64,000 bases of DNA. It comes from a virus. Below the pieces are notes generated by a model. That model made no database searches and was not told where the DNA came from. It saw only the letters and a list, made by a program, of their open reading frames with translations. Below, piece after piece: positions 53,987 to 62,524 of the stretch. The position numbers and the translations under genes were made by a program. Each line of letters begins with the position of its first letter. The first letter of the stretch is position 1. Location: positions 18,457 through 82,456 of IMG/VR virus record IMGVR_UViG_3300048918_000089, one strand, 5' to 3'.

Positions 53987-56900
53987 TTAGGGAACAATCA
54001 CCGCTGCCGTTGCTGCGAGTACCGCGTCAATGTCAGCACCCGGATCGCGTCCGTCCGTTGCCAATCCCTTGTACGCGCTGCCTACTGCAAGGCGGAAGTC
54101 GAGTCCTACTGCATTCACGAATCCGATTCCCGCTGCGGTCGAGGGGTAGAAGTTACCCGTGGGGTAACCGCTTGTACCTGAACCCACTGCGGCTACGATG
54201 TTACCCTTGACATTAGCACCAGGTGCGAGCACGGTCAACATCGTCTGACCAAAGCCTACCTGGTCGCCGATCATACCGTATGTACCACCCGTCGATGCGT
54301 TGTCCCGAATCGTCATGCGTGTCTCGGCTGGGCCGACAAGATACATGAATGAGTGACCTGGTGCGTAGAACGTGTTGTGCGTGAACGTCATGTCGGTCAA
54401 GTCGCCGCCGAGCATGAATCCACGACTGTCACCCGTGTACACACCGATGTTGATGTTGTACGCGAGATTGTCCGTAATCGTGATCCGTCGTGCATGAATG
54501 TCCGTGTAGTTGTTATCAGGAGACGCGGCGAATGAGAAGATGGAGCCGACATTCCGAATAATGTTGTACCGCACAGTAATGTCCTGCGTGACGCACCATG
54601 AGCAGGTGTTGCTCTGATTGACGGTCTTCATGATGATGGCCGAGCCCGTCTGCGCTGCATTCCACGAACCTTCGAAGATGTTGCCTTCAACGAGAACCCG
54701 TTGCGCGTGCTTGAACTCAGTCAGATTCTTCACAGTGAAGGACGTGTTCGGTGTGCGGGGCTTGTTGATGTGATTGCCGCGAATCTCAATATCCGACGGG
54801 GTCAGATTCGCGATTGACGGATCAGCACCACCGAACATGATGTTCTCACCTGCACCTTCGAGGTAGTTGTTCACGATCTTGAACGGACCCGGGCCATTCC
54901 AACCCGCGATGGCCTGCGAGTCTGAACCCAGTTCGTGGCAATTGCGGACGTCCGAATCAATCACCGCAGTGTTGATCGAATGGAGACCGAAGCAACGACG
55001 AAGGTTATTCGTCGCAATACCGTGCACATACATTCGGTCGAACACGAGGTCAGAGGGCACCTGCGAGAGTGTCGTCTGTCCGCTAAAGGCATCCGTCGAG
55101 ATGAGACCGAAGTTGCCGTTGAACGAAGTCATCGCCTCGATACCCACGAACCGATAGTTGTGTGCCGATGCTGCTGGCTGAAGAACCGGTGATGAGTTTG
55201 TTGACTGGATGATCGGCAGTGACAGCGCCGCAGCGATAGTCGGGGTCATGCGCGAACCCGGTGCTGGGAGCGAAGTCCAATTTGACGGACGAATGACGAT
55301 CCAATTCGTACCAATCTTGTTGGGTAGAACGAAGTTACCTGTGTACGTTGCACCCGCTGCAAGTTCGATAACGTCACCTGGCTGCGCCGAGTTCAGTGCA
55401 GACTGGAAGTTACCACCCGCCGCAACTGAGATGATCGTACCACCGCTCGCAGGCGCTGTCGGCATCGTCGTGTTGAGGAAGACCTGCGGGAGTGTCGCAA
55501 TCACTTCGGTGCCCGATGGAGCAACAACCGTCACTGACGCCGACGTTGATACTGCGCCTGACGTAGCCGTGATGTTGACGGTACCTGCAGCAACACCCGT
55601 CACCACACCACCCGTCACAGTCGCAACAGAAGCGTTACTCGTTGACCATGTGAACGTGACGCCCGAGATTGTGACATTGGATGCATCCTTCGCTGTCGCG
55701 ACAATCGTCGTTGCAGAGCCTGCCGTGAGCGACGAAACCGATGTTGGAGCCAGCGTAATAGATGCGACTGTTGGGGCAACAACCGTTACCAACGCACCCT
55801 GAGTCACACCACCCGCCGTCGCACTGATGGTTGCCGTTCCTGCTGCAACTGCTGTTACGACACCCGAGCTATTGACCGTTGCAATGGACGAGTTGTTTGT
55901 TGCCCATGTGAACGTCGTCGGTGAGATTGTTGATCCTGCCGAATCCTTCGCCGTCGCGACAAGCGTTGACGTTGAACCGATTACGAGCGACGAAACAGAC
56001 GTCGGTGCGATTGTGATAGTCGCAATCACCTGGACAGGGACAATCACGGTCACTGATGCGGAGCCGGTGATACCACCTGCTGCTGCATTGATGGTTGTCG
56101 TTCCTGCTGCAACTGCCGTCACGACACCCGAACTGTTAACGGTCGCGACCGACGAGTTGTTTGTCGTCCACGTGAATGAAGTCGAGATTGTCGTGCCTGC
56201 TGAATCCTTCGCCGTCGCGACAAGCGTTGACGTTGACCCTACTGCCAGAGATCCGATCGACGTGGGCGCAAGGGTAACCGTTGCAATCACTGGGGCTGCT
56301 GCTGGGACAGTGACCGATACGCTGGTCGTGATGCCACCCGCTGTCGCAGTGATTGAGGTTGTACCTGCAGCGACCGCCGTCACGACACCCGAGCTATTGA
56401 CCGTCGCGACTGACGAGTTGTTTGTTGCCCAAACGAATGCTGTCGTGACGACAATGCTGCTTGCCGTTCTAGCCGTCGCGACAAGTGTGGTTGTCGCACC
56501 AATCGCAAGAGACGAAACCGACGTAGGCGCGATTGAGATAGTTGCAATCACTGGGGCTGCTGATGGGACAGTGACCGAAGCAGATCCCGAACGACCGCCT
56601 GGTGCGGTTGCGACGATAGATACCGTACCGGGAGAGATACCCGTCACGGTTCCTGTGCTGTTCACAGTGACTTTGGACGTATTGCTTGAAGTCCACGTAA
56701 ACGGCGTGAACACAGTTGCACCGTTTGATTCCTTCGCCGTTGCAGTGAGCGATGATGTTGCACCAACGTTCAGCGCCGCAATCGACGTAGGTGACAGCGT
56801 GACCGTTGCAATGACTGGATTTGAAACGGCAACCGTCTTTGCTGCTGCGGTGGATGCGTAGACTCGCAACAACTTCAACTGCGGGCTATACCGTCCAGGC

Positions 56901-57136
56901 GCGGTGTAGTTGTGGGTCGTTACTGCGGTGCGAACGGTATCGGTTCGTCCGTCACCCCATGTCCAAATGTATCCCGAAATATTCGTCGGGACAGAGCTGG
57001 TAGACGCATCGACCGTACAGGTTAGATGCGTGCAGCTAATGTTAAAGGCAGTGCGCAATGTGGTTGTTGTCTGCGCATTCAGCGGGACTGCCGCCATGAG
57101 CAAGATCATTGCCAGACTGAGAAATCTACGGAACAT
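53987..57136 (-). CDS. secreted protein: signal peptide, PKD domain, five Big_2 Ig-like repeats, right-handed beta-helix (pectin-lyase-like) domain
   Basis: MFRRFLSLAMILLMAAVPLNA-Q; YIWTWGDG...HNYTAPGRY; five WxTxNxSVATV...GVVTxVAAGT-type repeats; FQSALNSAQPGDVIELAAG...NYLEGAGENIMFGG. Confidence 0.85.
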   Translation of the reverse strand: MFRRFLSLAMILLMAAVPLNAQTTTTLRTAFNISCTHLTCTVDASTSSVPTNISGYIWTWGDGRTDTVRTAVTTHNYTAPGRYSPQLKLLRVYASTAAAKTVAVSNPVIATVTLSPTSIAALNVGATSSLTATAKESNGATVFTPFTWTSSNTSKVTVNSTGTVTGISPGTVSIVATAPGGRSGSASVTVPSAAPVIATISIAPTSVSSLAIGATTTLVATARTASSIVVTTAFVWATNNSSVATVNSSGVVTAVAAGTTSITATAGGITTSVSVTVPAAAPVIATVTLAPTSIGSLAVGSTSTLVATAKDSAGTTISTSFTWTTNNSSVATVNSSGVVTAVAAGTTTINAAAGGITGSASVTVIVPVQVIATITIAPTSVSSLVIGSTSTLVATAKDSAGSTISPTTFTWATNNSSIATVNSSGVVTAVAAGTATISATAGGVTQGALVTVVAPTVASITLAPTSVSSLTAGSATTIVATAKDASNVTISGVTFTWSTSNASVATVTGGVVTGVAAGTVNITATSGAVSTSASVTVVAPSGTEVIATLPQVFLNTTMPTAPASGGTIISVAAGGNFQSALNSAQPGDVIELAAGATYTGNFVLPNKIGTNWIVIRPSNWTSLPAPGSRMTPTIAAALSLPIIQSTNSSPVLQPAASAHNYRFVGIEAMTSFNGNFGLISTDAFSGQTTLSQVPSDLVFDRMYVHGIATNNLRRCFGLHSINTAVIDSDVRNCHELGSDSQAIAGWNGPGPFKIVNNYLEGAGENIMFGGADPSIANLTPSDIEIRGNHINKPRTPNTSFTVKNLTEFKHAQRVLVEGNIFEGSWNAAQTGSAIIMKTVNQSNTCSWCVTQDITVRYNIIRNVGSIFSFAASPDNNYTDIHARRITITDNLAYNINIGVYTGDSRGFMLGGDLTDMTFTHNTFYAPGHSFMYLVGPAETRMTIRDNASTGGTYGMIGDQVGFGQTMLTVLAPGANVKGNIVAAVGSGTSGYPTGNFYPSTAAGIGFVNAVGLDFRLAVGSAYKGLATDGRDPGADIDAVLAATAAVIVP

Positions 57137-57181
57137 TCATTACTCCGGTAAAGGGTTTGGTTCTGTTGCAAAATGCGACTG

Positions 57182-57218
57182 CAACGGGAGTCTCTTATCT
57201 ATACAGAGACTCCCGTTG
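57182..57218. terminator. 13-bp perfect hairpin upstream of the secreted-protein gene
   Basis: CAACGGGAGTCTC/GAGACTCCCGTTG; the loop reads TGTATAGATAA on the minus strand (late-promoter-like). Confidence 0.6.
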
Positions 57219-57226
57219 GTCCTACG

Positions 57227-57838
57227 TTAGAGACCCAAGTGGACTCGCTGGGTGTCGGTGAGTCCCGACTTTGGATACGGGAGTACACGCGAGACCTTCT
57301 TGAGTGTCGTCGTGCCTGCGTAGTACTGCACCTTGAAGCGGATGTTGTCATTGTCGGTTGACCAACGCTTCGGCGCCACGTAGATGTGGGTGATCTTCGC
57401 GACGACGATGCGGCCACGCTTCCCGCGTGAGAACACGATGGTGTCGCCCGGGACGAACTTGGTGCCACCCTGATTCGTGTACTCAAAGACCTCAGTGAGG
57501 TTGCTGCGGTTGTTGACCTTGTTCAGCTTGGTCTTGAGTGCTTCTGGAATCAGATCACCCGAGACCTTCGTCACGCGCTTTGCGTTCAGCACCTTGATCG
57601 TGACCGGATCATAGGACGTTGTCTCAACATCGAGACCGCGCACTGAGATGGTGCGCGTCTTGTGCGTCTGTCCCTGTGACCCCGCCCAACCCCACCCCTT
57701 GTGTACCTCGTCCCAAATCTGCTTGACGACGCCAACGCGCGTGCCGCCCTTCGCACCACCGTAGATGACGTAATCACCCTGCTTGATGGTGTTGCCTAGC
57801 CCATCCGTGTGATCGGTTGCGGGTGTTCTTGAAATCAT
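57227..57838 (-). CDS. hypothetical protein with two SH3/KOW-like barrels
   Basis: DGLGNTIKQGDYVIY...RVGVVKQI and FVPGDTIVF...VVAKITHI. Confidence 0.7.
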   Translation of the reverse strand: MISRTPATDHTDGLGNTIKQGDYVIYGGAKGGTRVGVVKQIWDEVHKGWGWAGSQGQTHKTRTISVRGLDVETTSYDPVTIKVLNAKRVTKVSGDLIPEALKTKLNKVNNRSNLTEVFEYTNQGGTKFVPGDTIVFSRGKRGRIVVAKITHIYVAPKRWSTDNDNIRFKVQYYAGTTTLKKVSRVLPYPKSGLTDTQRVHLGL

Positions 57839-57931
57839 GTTGTCTGTTCCTCAGGTTGTTGTTAGGACTTCTCTGACCACTGCTTCTCTCTACGAAGGTG
57901 ATGCTCATGGGCGTCAATGAGGGCGAACCAC

Positions 57932-58240
57932 TCAGCCCTCACTCGCCTTTCTACGTCTGGATCGAACTTTTCGGCGTGGAGTGCTGTCGTGTTCTGCCAC
58001 ACCCTGTGTGCCCTCCGGAGCCGCGCTGTCCACGTCTGCGACACTCGGGGCTGCGTTTTCACAGAGGAAGTTCCCATAGAGTTCCCTCGCTTCATCAAAG
58101 TTGGCGAGGTTCAGAACATGCGCACATTCCTCGCAATAGTGCTTCCGTGTGGACTTGTTGAACCACGTTGCATCCGGTGCTCGGCACGCTGTCCGATTGC
58201 AGAGACCGTGCAGTGTTCCGATTTCAGGCTGCGGCGTCAT
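57932..58240 (-). CDS. small Cys-rich putative Zn-binding protein
   Basis: GLCNRTACRAPDATWFNKSTRKHYCEECA; likely ATG at 58240. Confidence 0.6.
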   Translation of the reverse strand: MTPQPEIGTLHGLCNRTACRAPDATWFNKSTRKHYCEECAHVLNLANFDEARELYGNFLCENAAPSVADVDSAAPEGTQGVAEHDSTPRRKVRSRRRKASEG

Positions 58241-58894
58241 AGTGCTCCTCGAAGAAGTCACGGGCTTTCAGTAGTCCTTTCACCCATGGGTTACGCTTCT
58301 CAATGAAAATCTGCGGCGCTTCGTTCTCAACGGTGATGATGACGACTGACCGATTGATCGGCTGACCTGTCAACTCCTCCCACATGATTGCGTACGCCGC
58401 GCATTGCATGAAGTAATTCTCAATCCATTCGGGCTTCTTGATGGAGTTCGAGGTCTTGAAGTCAATGATGGACAGCACTCCGTCGAACTCCGCCACGCAA
58501 TCGACGCGCCCCGCAAGTCGCAGGTAATGTGAATAGAGACCTGCTTCCTGCATCCTGATGTTGTTGATCCTTGATAGGATCGGCACCATTTGCTTGAACA
58601 TGATGTTGTCAAGCAACGACGACCTCGGGATGCGAACCAACTCGTTGTTCAGATGCATTTCGATCATCGAATGGACCTTCGTGCCGCGCACTGCCGCCTG
58701 TCGTCCGATCTTCAGTGCTTCGTCATACCCCACTCGCTCGCGCCACTGGTCGAGCCCAGCCTTGGACTGATATCCGAGCACCGTTGTGACTGACGGATAC
58801 TTGCGCCCGTCGGGGGTCTTGTAGAAACGAACACCAGACGCTTGCGTCTCCGCTTCGATCTGGGCAATTTCAGGCGGCGGGATGTGAATGAACA
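58224..58894 (-). CDS. PD-(D/E)XK exonuclease (lambda-exonuclease/Cas4-like family)
   Basis: RFYKTPDG..YPSVTTVL, RGTKVH, AGRVDCVAEFDG.LSIIDFKTS, YFMQCAAYA; likely GTG start at 58894. Confidence 0.88.
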
Positions 58895-59347
58895 CTAGTG
58901 GGTCTGCTCGCCATTGATGACACAATCCATGCAATCGCATGTCCGCCAACCTTCGGGGAGATAGCAGTTCTCTGGCGCATTCGCGAACATCGGAGCAATG
59001 TCATCGTCAGTGAAGCCCGCGAGACCGCAACCAACGCGCGTCACGATGAAGGACAGTTCGGGATGATTCTTGGCGAACACCAATAGTTCATCGACGTACA
59101 CCTTAACGTCACCCTTTGCCAATTGCACACCTGGCGTAGAGACGGTTGGGAGCGCATAGCTTCGACCATAGAGACCGACACCGCGACCGAACACAGCACC
59201 ATACTGCTCGCGCGCAACTCGCGCAGCGCCCGCACCATGAATGCCTAGCTCGTTAGAGCCGAATACGAAGATCGTATTCGGCTCTTGCATCTGAAGTTCG
59301 ACGCGACGAATGTCGGTTTTGATTTCTTTGATGCCGTATTGGATCAT
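58895..59347 (-). CDS. macro-domain-like (Appr-1-p processing-like) protein
   Basis: IFVFGSNELGIHGAGAARVA...SYALPT...FIVTRVGCGLAGF...IAPMF. Confidence 0.7.
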   Translation of the reverse strand: MIQYGIKEIKTDIRRVELQMQEPNTIFVFGSNELGIHGAGAARVAREQYGAVFGRGVGLYGRSYALPTVSTPGVQLAKGDVKVYVDELLVFAKNHPELSFIVTRVGCGLAGFTDDDIAPMFANAPENCYLPEGWRTCDCMDCVINGEQTH

Positions 59348-59604
59348 GTTGTTACCTTGTCTAGGTCGTCAGGATGAATCACCCACGAGGACATACACTC
59401 CGCCTGATGAAATCCCTGAAATGTTGATTCCTCGACGCCGCATGAACGACAGATCAGCCGATAGTTTCGCTTGGGCTGCTCGGGCTCTTTCGGTTTCGTG
59501 AACTTTGCACAACGGCACTCAGTCGGATACTGCGGGCAAACCTGATCGGGATACACACCGTATTGATTCGTGTGGTCGTGCCCGCACTCACAGAGATTAT
59601 TCAT
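59344..59604 (-). CDS. small Cys-rich putative Zn-finger protein
   Basis: CECGH.H...CPQ...CRC..F and CRSCG...EC. Confidence 0.6.
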   Translation of the reverse strand: MNNLCECGHDHTNQYGVYPDQVCPQYPTECRCAKFTKPKEPEQPKRNYRLICRSCGVEESTFQGFHQAECMSSWVIHPDDLDKVTT

Positions 59605-59610
59605 AGATGA

Positions 59611-59639
59611 AATGTAAGTCCTTCGTCCTCTTTTCGCTA
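59611..59639 (-). promoter_or_regulatory. sigma70-like promoter TAGCGA-N17-TACATT
   Basis: -10 at 59611-59616, 6 nt before the ATG at 59604. Confidence 0.4.
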
Positions 59640-59710
59640 CTGCTCGGTTGTCCGAAGGTGAAGGCGGCGTCCCATTTCAGAGACGCCGTTCACAGATTCG
59701 ATCACCTCCT

Positions 59711-60238
59711 CTAACGGTTTCTACAGTTGTCTCCGTGCCACCTTACAAATGTGCAGTGAGCCATTTCTTTCTGGCAGTATTGACAGACCACAAGAGGCTT
59801 CCTTTTTGACTGTAAGCGAATCTTCTCCCTGACAGATTCTGGGTGTGGATCACGAACTCTAACCTTAGCCGCCTCGCTCATTTTCTGCTTTGATTCAGCA
59901 GTGCGGCGCTGGCCTGTATTACCTCGAATCATCTTCTCCCTAATCTCAGGACGTTTCATAGGATGAAGATCACCCGACGCCCAACCTACTGGACTGTTGT
60001 TGAAGTTCATACACCCCTCGGTTCCGATATTCTCAGAGAGATGTTGCCGCTCCAATTCCATTAGGTCTTCTGTTGATTCGGCAAATTCCAGAATCTCTCT
60101 GGTGAGTTGACTCTTGTCCTTCATTGCACGAATCCATTTTCCAGATCCTAGATAACCGTCAGCTATATTGACCGTCGAGTGACGACCAATGTAGAAACGA
60201 CCTGATGGGCTAGAAGTTCGGTAGATGAAATGGTGCAT
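59711..60238 (-). mobile_element. free-standing GIY-YIG (Seg-like) homing endonuclease with NUMOD3-like repeats
   Basis: HFIYRT.SPSGRFYIGRHST....DGYLGSG; EILEF; E.REKM/ESKQKMSEA/ESVREKI repeats; lower GC (about 43% in sampled lines). Confidence 0.85.
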
Positions 60239-60240
60239 AG

Positions 60241-61005
60241 TTATCCTTGGTGTAAATCTTCATATTCCATACGTGCGATGATCCATTCCTTCACCAAAGC
60301 ACTTCGGACAATATCCTGCACTCCAAATTCGATCATTCGGAATGATTCCATGTGCGCGATAATTCCCATGAACTTAGATAGTCCCGACATATCATGTCGT
60401 TTCTGTAAGTCTGTTTGGCGGAAGTCGCCACAGAAAATGATCTTCGTATCCTCACCGACTCTTGTTAGGATTGAGTTCAGTTCCATGTCATTGAGGTTCT
60501 GTGCTTCGTCCACAATCACAATAGACCCCTTGAGAGTCAAACCTCGCACGTAGGAGGTAATCATGAACGTGAGGAGCTTCTGCTCTTGGAGGCGCTTGAA
60601 GGCCTGAGAGCCAAATCGCGGGAGGAGGTCCGCGAGCATTTCAACGTAGGGTTGGGTAAACACGTCCGACTTCTCGTTCTCGTCACCGGGCAAGTGACCA
60701 ATATCCCGTGAAGGAACTGCGGACCGAACAATCACGACGCGCTCGTAAGGAGTATCCTCACGCAGGACTTCCTTCAGCGCATTGTAAACGGCAATGTACG
60801 TTTTGCCTGTGCCCGCGACGCCGTGAAGCATGAACGCGGGGAAACCTCTGCGAAAGAGATTAAAGAAGTGGGCTTGATTCTCTGTGATGGGTTCAACTGT
60901 GGCAAGGTCCTGGGGCTTGACCTTGAGTTTAGGTTCGCGCTCCTCGATGACTTGATGTGAGCGCGGAGCGGGTGCGGCTTTCCGCCGGTCCTTTGTGCGT
61001 GACAT
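60241..61005 (-). CDS. phoH: PhoH-family ATPase
   Basis: GVAGTGKTYIA; VIVRSAV..RDIGHLPG; SYVRGLTL...IVDEAQN; IIFCGDFRQTDL; DIVRS.LVKE. Confidence 0.95.
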   Translation of the reverse strand: MSRTKDRRKAAPAPRSHQVIEEREPKLKVKPQDLATVEPITENQAHFFNLFRRGFPAFMLHGVAGTGKTYIAVYNALKEVLREDTPYERVVIVRSAVPSRDIGHLPGDENEKSDVFTQPYVEMLADLLPRFGSQAFKRLQEQKLLTFMITSYVRGLTLKGSIVIVDEAQNLNDMELNSILTRVGEDTKIIFCGDFRQTDLQKRHDMSGLSKFMGIIAHMESFRMIEFGVQDIVRSALVKEWIIARMEYEDLHQG

Positions 61006-61079
61006 GATGCTGGTGTTTGAGGCAAGGAGGAGGCGTCGTGCATTGCACGACGCCGTGGGATACTTCTCCTGACGCCACC

Positions 61080-61346
61080 CTAGAAGTGCGAAGCGGTCTT
61101 GTTGAGTTGAGAACCGGGAGTGAGTTCATGGATCTTGTGCAAGACCTCTTTGAAACCCGAGTTAGGTTTGACGAGACCCAATCGCATTGGGTCAGCGAGA
61201 CCGGCTGGCGTCAAGATGACTTTCTTCACGTTCTCCGCTGCGCACTCCGGGCAAGGTTCACCCTCGGGGCCCAGCATATCCGCAATCTTGCGTTGACGGT
61301 CAAAGACGGCCGCGCAAGATCCGCATTGATATTCATACGTTGGCAT
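61080..61346 (-). CDS. FmdB-family Zn-ribbon protein
   Basis: MPTYEYQCGSC...CPEC; late promoter AATAAATA at 61364-61371. Confidence 0.85.
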   Translation of the reverse strand: MPTYEYQCGSCAAVFDRQRKIADMLGPEGEPCPECAAENVKKVILTPAGLADPMRLGLVKPNSGFKEVLHKIHELTPGSQLNKTASHF

Positions 61347-61372
61347 GTTGTATTCCTCGCGTTTATTTATTC

Positions 61373-61957
61373 CTAGAAGGGGCTCCGATCATCTCCCATC
61401 CACGGCTCTTGCTTTGCAGGATAATTCCAACCCCTCGCGTTCGGGTCCGCGGGAGACGCATAGCGCCCGAATCCCTTGTCCCTCATCAATTTCTGAAACT
61501 CATCCGCCATCTTCTGCACGATGAATTGGAATACATCATCCTGATTTTTCACCATATCCAGCATATCCGACGTGAATCGCACCCGCATTTCGTGAGTTAT
61601 GGCGAATGTATTTGGTTCAACTGTTCTGGACACTGACGCCGTAATGTCTCGCGAGGGATCGAACGTGGTCGCGTTGCTCCCTCGCGTTCTAGTTATCTCT
61701 TTCTCAAGGCGCTCTACGCGCTGTACCCAGGCGCCCTCGCGTGCGGACAGATAGCGTTTCTGGACCCACTGCTCACTCTGATACTTGATTGTCGCGGGGT
61801 CGTTAGAAACGACGCTAGGGACTTCGGGAGGATCGGGATTTGGCTCAAGATCCTTGAGCGATACGGCACACTCGCGGATTGCGTCCGCGAGTGTGTCCAT
61901 CCCCTCATCCTCAACCTCGTCAGCGTATTGGTTAAGGTACCTGAGTGCTTCCTTCAT
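61373..61957 (-). CDS. hypothetical protein
   Basis: 194-aa ORF with an SD; no recognised motif. Confidence 0.6.
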   Translation of the reverse strand: MKEALRYLNQYADEVEDEGMDTLADAIRECAVSLKDLEPNPDPPEVPSVVSNDPATIKYQSEQWVQKRYLSAREGAWVQRVERLEKEITRTRGSNATTFDPSRDITASVSRTVEPNTFAITHEMRVRFTSDMLDMVKNQDDVFQFIVQKMADEFQKLMRDKGFGRYASPADPNARGWNYPAKQEPWMGDDRSPF

Positions 61958-62360
61958 ACTTTGCCTTCAGCTTTTGGTATTGTTCGCGGTCGCGACGTTC
62001 GTTCGCTGCATTCAACTCTGCAATCTCTCGGGCTCGCTGAGCCCTTGCTTCGTCGTTGGCTTTTTGCGTCACTGCACGGAGATGCTCTGCGATAGCGCCT
62101 GGCGGCCCACCCCATAGTTCTACTGGGAATCGAATCTCGTACCAGTCAGGGCAACCCGCAAAACTGTTCTCGTAATTGATGATCGCCTCAGAGCACTCCG
62201 TCGAGACCTTCGTGCGCCCCATTGTGCCATCCCTCGGCACGTAGCAGTAGCCGGTTGAGCGCAGAAGACCACGCACATGAGGTAGAACCTCCTTTGCGTA
62301 TGATTGAAGCTCGGCATGTGCCGATGCAATCACATCGAGGTTGTGTTGTAGGGTGTTCAT
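61932..62360 (-). CDS. hypothetical protein
   Basis: ATG at 62360 overlapping the upstream TGA. Confidence 0.6.
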   Translation of the reverse strand: MNTLQHNLDVIASAHAELQSYAKEVLPHVRGLLRSTGYCYVPRDGTMGRTKVSTECSEAIINYENSFAGCPDWYEIRFPVELWGGPPGAIAEHLRAVTQKANDEARAQRAREIAELNAANERRDREQYQKLKAKYEGSTQVP

Positions 62361-62524
62361 CTGTTGATACACTCCAGTTGAAGGACACCCACGACGGGAA
62401 TCTTGCCTTGCTTGCGACAGTCGTGCGTGTAATGAACCATCGCGTAGATGCTCAGAAACATCAGAAAGATGGTTAGAGCAATTCCCGCGTCGATCCCTGC
62501 GCTAATGACTGTGTTGCGGTGCAT
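62357..62524 (-). CDS. small single-pass membrane protein (55 aa)
   Basis: Hand-translated: MHRNTVISAGIDAGIALTIFLMFLSIYAMVHYTHDCRKQGKIPVVGVLQLECINR; coupled to the ligase stop. Confidence 0.5.
   Translation of the reverse strand: MHRNTVISAGIDAGIALTIFLMFLSIYAMVHYTHDCRKQGKIPVVGVLQLECINR

Noticed and set aside
53987-57136. Evidence that the window is a prophage/host junction
   Set aside because: Flanking genes and promoters on both sides are phage-type, and no integrase or att site was seen.
58224-58894. Cas4-like nuclease as part of a CRISPR locus
   Set aside because: No array or other cas genes; this family is a routine neighbour of phoH in T4-like phages.
59699-59712. GATCACCTCCT as a 16S rRNA fragment
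   Set aside because: The match is only about 11 nt with no flanking rRNA sequence.
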